Positions 25,610-38,427 of a stretch of 64,000 bases of DNA are shown here, one piece after another. The position numbers and the translations under genes are program-made. Position 1 is the first letter of the stretch. Each line of letters opens with the position of its first letter. The notes beneath the pieces were generated by a model, which was not told where the DNA came from, searched no databases, and saw only the letters and a list, made by a program, of their open reading frames with translations. Origin of the DNA: Octopus vulgaris (Eukaryota); the NCBI GenBank assembly GCA_951406725.2, contig OX597829.1:49910001-49974000 (forward strand), given 5' to 3'.

Positions 25610-25890
25610 CATCATCATCATCATTTAATGTCTATTGTCTATGCTGGCATGAGTTGGACAATTTGACCAGGGCTGGCACGCTGGTAGGCTGCACCAGGCT
25701 CCAGTCTGATTTGACACGGTTTTCTATCGCTGGATGCCCTTCTTAATGCCAATCACTCTAAGAGTGTAATGGGTGCTTTCACAGTCCACAGACACAGGTG
25801 CCATTTGTGTGACACCTGTATCTGCCACGACTGTAGTTTTAACTTAGTTTGATGGGTCTTCTTCTCAAGCTCAACATAATGCAAAAGGTC
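25610..25890 (-). mobile_element. Diverged RTE 3' tail fragment
   Basis: ggctgcaccaggctccagtctgat...gctggatgcccttct matches the 21484 and 29855 copies. Confidence 0.8.
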
Positions 25891-26214
25891 TTGGTGAATG
25901 AAGGAGGAAATACAAGAAAGAGAAGAGATGTAGATTGATTTGTAGGGGCAGGGTGAGGAAAAAGTTTGCTCATTACGTGTGGGTGGAACACGGAGCCTGG
26001 GGGCTAGCAGATGGAGTGAAACAAGGCATACAGGTAGAGAGCAGGGGCAAGCAAAGAACAATGATAGAGTGGCACTGGGCCAAGAGGACAAGATTGAGGA
26101 GTGAGAGGTAATCGTAGTACATGAAGCGGGAATGTGAGGAAGAGAAGGGATGTAGAGACATAGTTTGGTTCGTTGTGGTAGAGCATGTGAGTGGGTTTTC
26201 TATGCAGTGCTTCT

Positions 26215-26840
26215 AAATAATAATCCTTTCTACTAAAGACACAAGGCCAGTATTTCGGAGGAGTTGGGGGTGGGGGGTATGTTGATTACATCAGCCCCAG
26301 AAATGACGGAAGGCAAAGTCAACCTTGGTGGATTTTGAACTGAGGACATAGCAACAGGCAAAATACTACGAAGCACTTCTTCCAGCATGCTGACCACTCT
26401 GCGAGCTTCTCACCTTAAACAACAACAATAATAATGATATTGATGGTGGTGGTGGTGGTGGGGGTGGGAGAAGGAGGAGGTAGAGAAAGAGGAGGAGGTG
26501 GAGAAGAAGGAGGAGGCGGAGAAGGAGTAGGAGGAGTAGGAGTAGTAGGAGTAGTAAGAGGAGGAGGAGGTGGAGAAGGAGGAGGAGGAGAATAGTGGTG
26601 ATGGTGATGATGATGATGATGATGATCCTTCTACTATACTCACAAGGCCTGAAGTTTTGTGGGGGGATAGATAGTCGATTACCTAAACCCCAGTGCATAA
26701 CCGGTACTTATTTCACTGACCCCCCCCCACCCACATCCCTGAAAGGACGAAAGGCAATGTCGACCTCAGACGGAATTTGAACGTGGAACACAAAGATGGA
26801 CAAAGTGCAGCTAAGCATTTCGTGCACCATGCTAATTAAT
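26215..26840 (-). mobile_element. Two SINE B copies separated by a GGA/GAT-rich low-complexity tract
   Basis: gaaggcaaagtcaacc at about 26310 and gaaaggcaatgtcgacc at about 26750. Confidence 0.75.
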
Positions 26841-27044
26841 GAGTCGGTCAGATCTCCCACCCCCCCACGTCATGTGATGATGACTGTCCATGTGCACGAG
26901 TCCTGAGTCATAGAATCGAAAGTGACTCACCGTATATTCCTTAATTCGATTTGATTTCCCAGTGATCTGCAACCGGATATTGATGTTTACTTTCCTCGGG
27001 CTGTGTGTGTGTTTATCCACACCCGCTTTGGTCAGTTACCATCA

Positions 27045-27470
27045 GGCACTGGTTTGGCTGTGTGGTAAGAAGCTTGCCTCCCCGGCTACATGGTTCCAGG
27101 TTCAATCTCACTATGTGGCACCTTGGGCAAGTGTCTTCTACTATAGCCTTGGACTGATCAAAGCCTTGTGAGAAGATTTGGTATATGGAAACTGAAAGAA
27201 GCCCATTATATGTGTGCTTGTGCATGACTGTGTGTGTGTGTGTATGTGTGTGTGTGTATGTGTGTGTATGTGTGTGTGTGTATGTGTGTGTGTGTGTGTA
27301 TCTGTGTTTGCTCCACTCGCCCACCACTTGAGAACTAGTGTTAGTTTGACTACATCCCTGTAACTTAGCAGTTTGGCAAAAGAGGCCAACAGAATAAGTA
27401 CCAGAGTGGTGCTCCAGCATGGCTACAGTCTAATGACTGAAACAAATAAAACATATAAAAATGGAATAAA
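27045..27470 (+). mobile_element. SINE family A
   Basis: Head, (TG)n and tail are all present. Confidence 0.9.
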
Positions 27471-27589
27471 AGATCTACCTCGATTTCCTGTACAACCAGC
27501 CAACCATTTGCTTTAGTAACTGAGCATTCACTAGTCCAAGTCATTATTTACAATGGACAGGTAGGTGTTCTCATTTTGTTTGTTGTTAC

Positions 27590-27635
27590 CAATACGTTTC
27601 GGCTGATGTATTCTCCAGCCTTCATCAGGTGTTCT
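27590..27635 (-). ncRNA. Minimal hammerhead ribozyme core in a Penelope-like terminal fragment
   Basis: Minus strand: aacac-CUGAUGA-a-GGCUG-gagaauacau-CAGCC-GAAA-CGUA. Stem II is perfect; the stem I 3' arm looks degenerate. Confidence 0.7.
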
Positions 27636-27997
27636 GGTGGAATTTCAAATCCAACCTTTTATTAGACAAATGGAGTACTCTGTTCTCATTCCTAATATAT
27701 TCTTTTTTGTTGATATTATTTCCCAAGTCCCTGCCTGGGACTGAACTCAGAATTCAAGGGTTAGTAGCCAGTGCTCTTATCCATTATGCTATCCATTATC
27801 TGGGCAATTATAGAGTGAATTTTGGGGCTTGTAAACCTAATACTTTAACCGAGCCAGTCAGCAGGATGTTCTACACGCTGACCTAATATCTCTCCAATGC
27901 TGCAGAGTTTTTAAGGTGGTTATTTTCTCAATTCTAAACTTTCTGAGTAATGTTCCGGAGTCATCACAGATGTCTGATCATGGGCACATGCAGCTAT

Positions 27998-28585
27998 GCT
28001 CTTTTACTCTTTTACTTGTTTCAGTCATTTGACTGTGGCCATGCTGGAGTGCCACCTTTAGTCGGGCAAATCAACCCCAGGATTTATCCTTTGTAAGCCT
28101 AGTACTTATTCTATCGGTCTCTTTTGCCGTAAGCACACCAGCATCAGTTGTCAAGCGATGTTGGGGGGACAAACACAGACACACAAACATATACACACAC
28201 AAACATATATATATATATATATATATATACGATGGGCTTCTTTCAGTTTCCGTCTACCAAATCCACTCACAAGGCTTTGGTCGGCCCGAGGCTATAGTAG
28301 AAGACACTTGCCCAAGGTGCCACGCAGTGGGACTGAACCCGGAACCATGTGGTTGGTTAGCAAGCTACTTACCACACAGCCACTCCTGCGCCTATATATA
28401 TATATACATATACATATATACGACGGGCTTCTTTCAGTTTCCGTCTACCAAATCCACTCACAAGGCTTTGGTCGGCCCGAGGCTATAGTAGAAGACACTT
28501 GCCCAAGATGCCACGCAGTGGGACTGAACCCGGAACCATGTGGTTCGTAAGCAAGCTACTTACCACACAGCCACTCCTGTACCTA
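27998..28585 (-). mobile_element. SINE A with tandemly duplicated head
   Basis: Heads at 28228-28395 and 28420-28585 are near identical. Confidence 0.92.
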
Positions 28586-29070
28586 TATATTTTATTTTAT
28601 TGTAATTTATCATATTTTACACATATTTGGGAATTTTGACTGGCAACTGTTGGTGCTGCCACCTACAGGTGCTTTCAGAGTAAGAGACAGAGAGAAAGAG
28701 CGTTTACCATGACATAGAAAGGAGGGAGAATTTTCCCTCAAAGGGAGATAACCGCTCAGGGTTTATAATGTTTTTTTTTTCTTCTTTTGCTTTGTTTTAT
28801 TTTAGTTATTTATTTATTCTTCTTTTATCTTTTACCTTTTTACTTGTTTCGGTAATTTAACTGGGGCCATGCTGGGGCACTGCACTGCCGTGAAAGGTTT
28901 TAATCAAACAAATTGATTCTAGTACTTATTTTTTTTTAAAACCTGGTACTTATTCTGTTGGACTCTTCTGCCAAACCGCTAAGTTACAGGGGACATAAAC
29001 ACATCAACAGCAGTTGCTAAGCAGCAGCAATAGGCAGGGAGCAAACCTAATCACAAATACATGCACACAA

Positions 29071-29177
<107 letters not shown>

Positions 29178-29183
29178 TATATG

Positions 29184-29478
29184 GTGGAGGCACATGGCTT
29201 AGTGGTTAGAGCAGTGGACTCGTGGTCGAGGGACCGCGGGTTTGAATCTCAGACCAGGCAATGTGTGAGTTTATGAGCTCCACTCCACACAGCTCCAGCA
29301 GAAGGTAATGGCAGACTTCTGCTGACTCTTTCGCCACAACTTTCTCTCACTCTTTCCTCCTGCATCTTGCAGCTCACCTGTGATGGACCAGTGTCCCATC
29401 CAGTTGGGGAACCTATTTGCCAAGGAAACCGGAAAACCAGCCCTATGAGCCAGGCATGGCTTGAGAAGGAACAAACAA
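29184..29478 (+). mobile_element. tRNA-derived SINE family C (possibly V-domain-like), in (TA)n
   Basis: gtggaggcacatggcttagtggttagagc A box, gggtttgaatctc B box, cctgtgatggaccagtgtcccatccag; other copies at 34131 and 56360. Confidence 0.88.
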
Positions 29479-29776
29479 TATATATATATATATATACATA
29501 TAACAGTTTAACTATGTGTTAAGTAACCACCTAAGGGATATTAAATATCCGAAGAATTTACTGGTTTATGTTACCTATATCAATAACAATGTTATTTCAA
29601 TAGGTAAATAAAAAATAAACATGCAGTTTATCAATAAATAAATGTAAATAAGAAATAGAAAGCAAAACAATAAATTGAACAATTAGAAATTGATGTGTCA
29701 TTTGTTTGTATAAAATATTTAAATTGAATTGATTGAATTTATATTTGTTCAATTAATTGTTTTGTTTTCCAATTCT

Positions 29777-29847
<71 letters not shown>

Positions 29848-29854
29848 CTGTATA

Positions 29855-30148
29855 CATCATCATCATCATCATCGTTTAGCGTCCGCTTTCCATGCAAGCA
29901 TGGGTTGGACGGTTCAACTGGGGTCTGGGAAGCCAGAAGGCTGCACCAGGCTCCAGTCTGATCTGGCAATGTTTCTACGGCTGGATGCCCTTCCTAACGC
30001 CAACCACTCTGAGAGTGTAGTGGGTGCTTTTTACATGCCAGACGAGGCTGGCAAATGGCCACGATCGGATGGTACTTTTTACGTACCACCGGCACAGAGG
30101 CCAGGCAAGGCTGGCAACAGCCATGATCGGATGGTGCTTTTTACGTGT
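29855..30148 (-). mobile_element. RTE 3' tail fragment
   Basis: Reverse complement of the 3' end of the 17835 element. Confidence 0.9.
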
Positions 30149-30292
30149 ATATATATATATATATATGTGTATGTATATACATATTTATATATATAAACAG
30201 CTAATTTTGTTCAAGGGTGCTGAAACAGCTATATTGTAAGAAATAATTGTTAAAATCTTTTAATGCAGTAAGAAGCATGCAATATATATCTA

Positions 30293-30527
30293 CAGGGTGG
30301 CCCAAAAGTAGATTTACTTTAATCATGTAGGCACATTAAATTTCTTTTAAAATATTTTATTAGATTTAAATTTCTATCTTACAGACTCAAAAGGGAGCTT
30401 GAGAAAATTAACTAAATTAGCATAGAATAATGGTTTCTTATTTTTTTTTTAATAATTAAGATCTAAACTGTTATATGAATGTGAAAGAGATGGTTGAATA
30501 ACTGTAAACCTACCCTTGGGCCACCCT

Positions 30528-30528
<1 letters not shown>
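30293..30528. mobile_element. Tc1/mariner-type MITE
   Basis: 25-bp TIR cagggtggcccaaaagtagatttac / gtaaacctacccttgggccaccctg; TA on the left flank. Confidence 0.85.
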
Positions 30529-30603
<75 letters not shown>

Positions 30604-31160
30604 ACACATATATGTATGTATGTATGTATATATATACATACATATATATATATGTAAACGTCTATACACTGAAAGGGGAGATAACTACCCCAAGGGCATC
30701 TCTAGGATCACTAGACCAGACTAGTTTTTGACTCTCATTTCTTGCAATTTTCAGAAATTATGGCCTTTCAGTCACCATCAGCCAATTCCAGTCACAAGGC
30801 TTTAGTCAGCCCAATACTATAGTAGAAGACACTTGGCCAAAGTGTCACACAGTGGGACTGAACCCAGAACCATGTAATTGAGAAGCAGGCTTCGTACCAC
30901 ACAGATATGCCTACACCTATTCTTTTATTTATTCATTTATTGAAGTTGTTGCAGTGTAACACCTGACAAGGTACAACAAAACCTAATAACATGTATGAGA
31001 CTAGTGCACATCACCAACAGCAAGTGTAAGGGATTAATAGCTGAGCTGTTCTCACCGAGTCCAGCTTCCCTTATTACTGTCGTGGCCATCCCTAGTATTT
31101 GTTGGTGGTCGGGAATAGACAGAATAGTAGAGAGAGTGCAGTGTGGAGTGAAGTGTCACA

Positions 31161-31199
<39 letters not shown>

Positions 31200-31269
31200 G
31201 ATATTGCACTGTATGTCAGTGACAGCAGAATGGACCTGGCATGTAGCTTGGTGGTTAAGGTAAAGGTAA

Positions 31270-32065
31270 AGGTCAAGTTACCTTCTCAAGTCATGCTGAC
31301 CCATAAGGGCCAGTTTCCTTGTTTCTGCAGGTGTACATATCCCCTCCCTGGATGGGAATGCCAGTCTGTTGCAGGATTACTCACTTTTTTGCCAGTTGAG
31401 TGGACCGGAGCAATGTGAAATGAAGTGTCTTGCTCAAGGACACATCATGTCGCCCAGTCCAGGAATCGAAACCACAATCTTATGGTGATGAGCCCAATAC
31501 CCTAACCACTAAACCAAGTGCTTCTACAAAAGTAGAGTTACCTTATCGAGTCATGCCAACTCCTAAGGGTCAATTTCCCAGTCTCCATGGCAAAAACATT
31601 CCCCCACCCTGGATGGGACGCCAGTCCATCACAGGATTACTCATTTTTGCCAGCTGGAAAAACACGAAATGAAGTGTCTTGCTCAAGAACACAATGCGTT
31701 GCCCAGTCTAGGAATTGAAACCACAATCTTACAATCATCAGTCCAATGCTCTAACCATTAAGCCATGCATCTTCACAGTGATTAGAGTGCTGACTCGTGA
31801 TCATAAGGTTATGAGTTCAATTACCAGTAGTGCTTTGTGTCCTTGAGCAAGACACTTTATTTCACGTTGCTCCAGTCCACTCAGTAGTACCTGTATTTCA
31901 AAGTGCTGACCATGTTATATTTAGTGTCACGCTGAATCTTCCTGAAAACTACATTAAAGATACATGTGTCTGTGGAGTGCTCAGCCACTTACATGTTAAT
32001 TTCATGCACAGGCTGTTCCATTGATTGGATCAACTGGAACTCTTGTCAATTTAACTAATGGAGTA
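31270..32065. mobile_element. Three SINE D-like copies (two minus, one plus)
   Basis: gaaatgaagtgtcttgctcaag at about 31417 and 31666; ccttgagcaagacactttatttcac at 31841. Confidence 0.8.
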
Positions 32066-32762
32066 CCATTTTTTTCCTTTTTTCTTTTTTAGGCAGAAAC
32101 ATTGTTTGATTAGAGAAACAAATTTGTGAAACACACCAAGTTGTTTTGCTGACCATCTATTTATAATAGGTCAGCTTGGTCACAGCTGGTCTGAGGTTAC
32201 CAAAAAAAACAAAAAAACAGCTGTAAGATAAACCTTTTGAATCTGGTATCTCTGACTTTGATCTTTATATAACAGAATGGTTGGTACACAGCTATGGAAA
32301 ATGTTTGATACACAGCTGTACAAAATGGTCAGCATAGAGCTGTCAAGAATGGTAAGTTGGTAGACATAGGTTGGTAAATAACCTTACAGAAGTGGTTGGT
32401 ACATAACTGTAGAAAATTATTGGTTCTTAATTTCAGAGAATAGTTTGTACACAGCTGCAGAAAATATTTGATTTGCAACTTTAGAGAATTATTTGGTACA
32501 TAACTTAAGAGAACTTTTGGCTTGGAGCTGAAGTAAACAGATGGAATTTAGGCAATGGCTGGCACTTCAGTTTAGGGAATGGTTGTATTTAGAATAAACC
32601 ACTCGGACTTTATTAAATAAATGACTTTCAGAGAGAAAAAGAATACTGAAAAAAAAAAAAATAAAAAAAAACACAAAAGAAATATGCATTTAACAATTTA
32701 GAAAAAGTATTGTTAAAAAGACAAAGAGTGGTAGGAAGAATGGTCATCATGATGAAGCAAAA

Positions 32763-33300
32763 ACTCTTTTACTCTTTTACTTGTTTCAGTCATTTGACTG
32801 TGGCCATTTTGGAGTACTGCCTTTAGTTGAGCAAATCGACCCCAGGATTTATTCTTTGTAAGCCCAGTACTTATTCTGTCGGTCTCTTTTGTCGAACCAC
32901 TAAGTTACAGGGATGTAAACACACCAGCATCGGTCGTCAAGCGATGGAGGGACAAACACAGACACACAAACACAGACACACAAACATATACACATACATA
33001 TATATATATACATATATACGACAGGCTTCTTTCAGTTTCCGTCTACGAAATCCACTCACAAGGCTTTGGTCAGCCCGAGGCTATAGTAGAAGACACTTGC
33101 CCAAAGTGCCATGCAATGGGACTGAACCTGGAACCATGTGGTTGGTTAGCAAACTACTTACCACACAGCCACTCCTGCACCTTAAGGTCAGCCCAAGGCG
33201 ATAGCAGAAGACACTTGCCCAAGGTGTCACGCAGTGGGACTGAACCCAGAACCATGTGGTTGGTAAGCAAGCTACTTACCACACAGCCATTCCTGCACCT
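32763..33300 (-). mobile_element. SINE A with a partial second head
   Basis: Family A sequence; second head at 33186-33300. Confidence 0.9.
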
Positions 33301-33307
33301 ATATGTT

Positions 33308-33554
33308 GGTACTTTTTAGCTATCTCACCCCATTAAAAAATCTTATTAGCTCTCTCCGTTTTACAAGAAATATTGGTACTTTTGATCATCTCCCTCAACT
33401 AAAAGAATTGTTTAACCCTCAATAAAACAAAAATAAAAGAAGGAAAAATTAATAAACACAAGAACTGAAAAAAAATTAAACATCTTATTGAATATTATAA
33501 CCCAATTTTTTAATGGCAACTTTTTAATGGGTGTGTGATAACCAAAAAGTACCC
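33308..33554. mobile_element. Small MITE
   Basis: Imperfect TIR ggtactttttagctatctcaccccattaaaaa / tttttaatgggtgtgtgataaccaaaaagtacc. Confidence 0.65.
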
Positions 33555-34130
33555 AAATGTTTTTCTATGTGGTAGATGACTTTTGCTTATTTTATCCTTT
33601 TTTTTTTATATATATTTGGTGATGCAGGAGAACTTATCACCACTTTTAGCAATATTTTGATGGTTCGCCACTTAACATTCTGACAACAAAAGACAAGACA
33701 TCTGTCAAAATACCAATAATATTGTTCTCTTTGTCATGCCAGTTAATCCCAAACAAAGCTAAATATTTGATATTAAACAAATTCCAACGAGAGAGAATGA
33801 CAGATGAAAACATTGTCACTGATGTTAAAAGGGCAGAGATTTATGAAAAACTTGATGGCTTGTGTCAGAATTCTCACCTGACAACCAAACATGTTTCATT
33901 CACGTACTTTCCATAAGTTTTGCCGTTTTTGTTGCTTTTGACTCCTGACTAGAATTTCGTTATGGTTCAATGTTCATTGACTCTTTTGTTGTGAAAGTCA
34001 CCAAAAGTTGCGAAGCAATGGCTGTGTGGTAAGAAGCTTGCTTCTCAACCACATAGTCCTAGGTTTAGTACCACTGCATGATGCTTTGGGCAAGTATCTT
34101 CTACTATCAGCCTTGATGTAACCAAAGCCT

Positions 34131-34421
34131 TGTTTGTTCCTTCTCGAGCCATGCCTGGCTCATAAGGGCTGGTTTCCCAGTTTCCTTGGTGTATAGGTTC
34201 TCCATTTGGTCCATCGCAGGTGAGCTGCAAGATGCAGAAGGAAAGAATGAGAGAAAGTTGTGGTGAAAGAGTGAGCAGAATTTTGCCATTACCTTCTGCC
34301 AGAGCTGTGTGGAGCTTAGGTGTTTCACTCATAAACACACACATCGCCCAGTCTGAGATTTAAACCTGTGATCCCTCAGCTATGAGTCCACTGCTCTAAC
34401 CACTAGGCCATATGTCTCCAC
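34131..34421 (-). mobile_element. SINE C inserted in a SINE A head, flanked by an ~88-bp direct duplication
   Basis: 34046-34133 is repeated at 34425-34512. Confidence 0.88.
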
Positions 34422-35109
34422 TTCCAACCACATAGTCCTAGGTTTAGTCCCACTGCATGATGCTTTGGGCAAGTAACTTCTGCTATCAGCCTTGATGCAA
34501 CCAAAGCCTTGTGAGTAGATTTGGTATACAGAAACTGAGAGATCATTGTGTGTGTGTGTGTGTGTATTAGAGTGGCCCTTATTTTTCAATTTTCTAAAAG
34601 TTTAGCCCCCAACAGAAAAAGAAACAAACAAACAATCTATGCAAAAATTTAGCTCAGTCAAACAACTGCAAGGTGACCCTCATTGACCAGGAAATTTTGA
34701 AGTTTTCGCCCAGAAAGTAATTTTTTCAAATAAAAATTTTTTTTTTCTTATATAATTTTCTCTTAAATTAAAAACTTGTTCAGACTTATTCTTGGTAATA
34801 GAAAGGTAAGTGTCAATAAATATAATGGGAAAGGCAACTTGCAAAGCTGGGGACAGAGCGCAGGTATAGGGCAAACACCTATTTTTCACCATCATCCAGT
34901 TGAGGGCCAGCAGTGAGCAAGTGCGGTTGTGAGTTGCATTCATCCGTTGAAAGAATTGTACTGCACCTAATGGTAGTGCTGAGAAATAAAATATACTTTA
35001 GTGATAAACAGGGAACTAATATGACTTGTCCGCATTTGTAAATATAAGTTAATTTATTTGTAATAACTTGTAAGCACTCGGTCATTTTGTTGTGGGGCTC
35101 TCTCTCTCT

Positions 35110-35435
35110 ATCCGCTCAGTCGGAGTCGACTCTCGGTCACTTGTTGGATCAGTGTCCTCCAGTCAGTTCTATCCTGGGCTGCTTCTTTCAGATTGGCCAT
35201 GTCCATTCCAGTATCACTCCTGATGGTGTCAAGCCAGTGGGTTCTTGGTCAGCCTCTTCCTCTCTTGCCACTGACCATTCCGAGCATGATGTCCTTCTCC
35301 AGGGATTCTCTCCGAAATATGACCAAAATATGCCAATCTACGCTTGGTGATTCCAGCTTCTAGCAACATTTTCGGCCTTATCTGCTTAAGAACTTCTCCA
35401 TTGGTGAGCCCCGCTGTCTATGGAATCCGCAAAAG
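35110..35435 (-). mobile_element. BovB-like RTE 3' coding fragment
   Basis: Minus strand: RRLAYFGHI.../ESLEKDIMLGMVSGKRGRG*PRTHWLD...DRTDWRTLIQQVTESRLRL. Confidence 0.85.
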
Positions 35436-35757
35436 TGTTGTGGGGCATTATGATATAGTTCTTCCCCTGTTGTGTTGGTAGCCCTGACAAAATTGTTATA
35501 CCATGTTTATAACCTCTCCGTCTTTATAATGTTATGTGCTTTGTATTCTTATTTTCAATGCCTTTGAACAAAATTTAGAGAAGTGAGACACACAGAAATA
35601 CAGCACAAATTTAACCTAAACAACTGTCATGACTACCCATCTGATAAGGGTACACCAGGCACATGCATAACAACCACATGTGCACGACATGGTGATCTCA
35701 TATCAAGATAAACAGTGCATGACCTTGCAGGTGGGGCCCAGTTAGAATTTTCTTCTT

Positions 35758-35788
<31 letters not shown>

Positions 35789-36192
35789 TTATTATTATTA
35801 TTGCCTTTTCACAGCTTCTAATGCTGGAGATGTACTACCAGTGAACTAAGGTAACACCTCTTATTTTTCGAGCACCTTCCAAAGTATTTGAGTGGTTTGA
35901 AGCAGTACTGTTTTCTGCAAGTGCTCCACCCTTATTGCAGCCCCTATTTGTTCCACATACTTCTCAAGATTTTTGCTCACTGTTCCCAGGGCTCCGACAG
36001 TTATTGGTACTACTGCTTCCTTATTCATCGACCACAACTGCTTAACCTCCCAAGCTAACCTGTCATATCTATCAACTTTTCTTTCTTCCTTATCTCATAC
36101 CTTGTTGTCAGCTGGGTATGCTATGTCTATGATCCAGCATTGTTTTCTTTCTCAATTAAGACTGTGTCCAGCTTCCTATTCTCTATCTCATA

Positions 36193-36350
36193 CTCTCTTT
36201 ACTCTTTTACTTGTTTCAGTCATTTGACTGTGGCCATGCTGGAGCACCACCTTTAGTCGAAGAAATCGACCCCAGGACTTATTCTTTGTAAGCCTAGTAC
36301 TTATTCTATCGGTCACTTTTGCCGAACTGCTAAGTTACGGGGACATTAAC
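36193..36350 (-). mobile_element. SINE A tail fragment inserted in the Dong-like element
   Basis: ctcttttacttgtttcagtcatttgactgtggccatgctggagc. Confidence 0.9.
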
Positions 36351-36598
36351 AAAATCTCATAGGATCTTTGCATTTCTATTTTTGACGATGTCTTCAGGTT
36401 TGTGTTCATACCAAATTCTTGCTCTGTCAACTCCATACTTATTACAGAGTATCCAATGGACAAGCCTGGCTATATTGTCATGGCGTCTCTTATATTCCTT
36501 CTGGGTTAGTGGCGTACATTGGCTGGTAATATGCCATACGGTTTCACTGTTTTGTCCACAGATTCTGCACTTATCACTTTCTACTCTGTTGTCTATTC

Positions 36599-36720
36599 TG
36601 TGGGAGGGGCTTCCTTGCCCGGATTGGCCTCACCAGCCACCTCCGGTCTCATAGCAGCAATTCCACCAAATGTTGTCAATGGTCATCTTCGAACCTGAAG
36701 GACGAACATTTATTTTTTTT
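36599..36720 (+). mobile_element. RTE 3' tip with C-terminal C2H2 finger half (RTE1_Mars/AviRTE-type ending)
   Basis: CGRGFLARIGLTSHLRSH followed by ggtcatcttcgaacctgaaggacgaac. Removing it rejoins the Dong-like reading frame. Confidence 0.75.
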
Positions 36721-37399
36721 TATTTTATGAAGTTTATTCTTAGTGCTTGCTTTTGGGTAGCAAAGATTAGAGCCTCTGTTTCCAGTTTTAAATCACTTTT
36801 AGTCATCCACAGCCATCTTTTTTCCCTACCTGTCTTATCTTCAACATCCCTATGAAATTGTCCATGCATTCTTTTCATTACCCACCTGTATTTAGTTTCG
36901 TTCATTTTCAATTGCCTGTACAGTGCTTTATCTTTGCAATCTTTCATTCTATACAAGCCTGACCTTCTTACTTCTAATAATAGCGGTTCTGTGGCATTTT
37001 TTTTGCATACCATGCTATGTTGTTTTCTTCTGATCTAATGCTGTGTTCACATCCAATAAGTCCTCTCTCCATTCTTTTTTTTTTTGGTATATACAGCCTG
37101 TCTGTGTCACTTTTTGGGTGGAGTGACCCATATCTAGTTAGCAACTTCCTCATCTTTCTGTCTAAGCTGTTTAGTTTGGCTACTGTCCAATTGATTACTT
37201 CTGCTCCATATCTAAGGAGTGAAACCACCCAGGTGTTGATAGCTTCAATCTTATCCTGTCCAATTAATTTCAACTTATAGATCAGTCTCAGTCTGTGCAA
37301 GTATTCCAACCATTACACTATATACCCATGGGCATACAGAACAACTTCTGGTCCAGACATGGTGTTTTAGAGAAACCTGGACAAAACTCAATAGGAAGG

Positions 37400-38330
37400 T
37401 TTACATAACTAGTAGCAATGAAGTGCTTGATGATGTCCGTTCTACCATTCTTGGATTTCTTGAATACCACCTTTCTATGCAGAGACAGCAGCGAAATGAT
37501 TACCAAGAATTGTTGGAGTTAATGATGATCTTTCTTGACAGCATTCTGAAGAAGGGAATATCGTTCCTTACACCAGGAGCTGTAAGTCTTGCAAAGTGGA
37601 TGTCTAAAGCAATTTACACATTTAAGATATACCTGTTTCAAGATCAATTTCCCTTATCTCCTGGGGAGAAGAACTCTTTAAGAAGAATATGTATTTTTCT
37701 TGCTCAAGTGTATGTTGTAGTCTGGTTTCTGTAATCAGAAGCAATTAAAGTACCTTATCATGATTTCCTATTCATGTGTCAACTGATAAATTATCAGGAT
37801 ATTGATCCAGAAATCAGTAAGCCTGCTGCAAAAGAATTTTCTATCTATTTCTGGTATTTAGCTCCTGAAACTGTGGCTCTGTCCATATTTGATGACAATG
37901 TTCCGACAGAGGTGAAGGCAAACATTGCTCAAGTTATGTAGGAAGCAGACAAAGGTGAAGAAGAGGAGGAAGGAAAAAAGTCAACTGAAGAGGTACATTC
38001 AGCACCAAAATGACTTTTTTTTCTTTACAAACAAGGAGGTTTCGTCTTTTGTAACTCCTGGTACAAAATCTTTCTTCGCAAGATTTTCTATCAGCACCGA
38101 TTTCTTCGACAAAGACCCTTCAAAATCGAAGAATGATCTTTGTTATAAAAGTGGACTTGAAAAACCTGAGAAGACAGTTGTTGTGAATGATGTTGGAGAA
38201 GGGGTTTCAAACTCATTCAGGACTACAATAACATTCTCACAAAAGTTGAAACTGAGAAATGATTTGTTTTACAGATCGTTACAAAAACCGTAAAACATAC
38301 CCAACTGCCACTAAATCCTCTCTTATGCAA
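37400..38330 (+). pseudogene. hATm-like transposase C-terminal half, with stops and frameshifts
   Basis: QRNDYQELLEL, PGAVSLAKWMSKAIY, FWYLAPETVALSIFD, VVNDVGE-G motifs, inside the TIR-bounded element. Confidence 0.75.
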
Positions 38331-38427
38331 AAAATAATGTTCAATATTCAATATTTAGTGTTCATTTTATGTTTTTGGTTCTATAGAAATTATTGTTGTA
38401 AATAAAAATGTGTTTCTCTTATAGAAG

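Larger units (their letters stand above)
35755..37310 (-). pseudogene. R4/Dong-like non-LTR retrotransposon 3' half (thumb, CCHC knuckle, restriction-like endonuclease)
   Basis: AINTW..LRYG, LHPKSDTDRLY, MHGQF, CRICGQNSETVWHITSQC...RRHD, VVPITVGALG; ends in (AAT)n/(AAG)n; frameshifted and interrupted. Confidence 0.88.

Noticed and set aside
28158-28550. Recurrent ORFs such as RLPNPLTRLWSARGYSRRHLPKVPRSGTEPGTMWLVSKLLTTQP
   Set aside because: Antisense translation of SINE A heads, repeated wherever the SINE occurs.
29184-29255. tRNA genes at SINE heads
   Set aside because: A and B boxes are present, but I could not fold a full cloverleaf and each continues into a SINE body.
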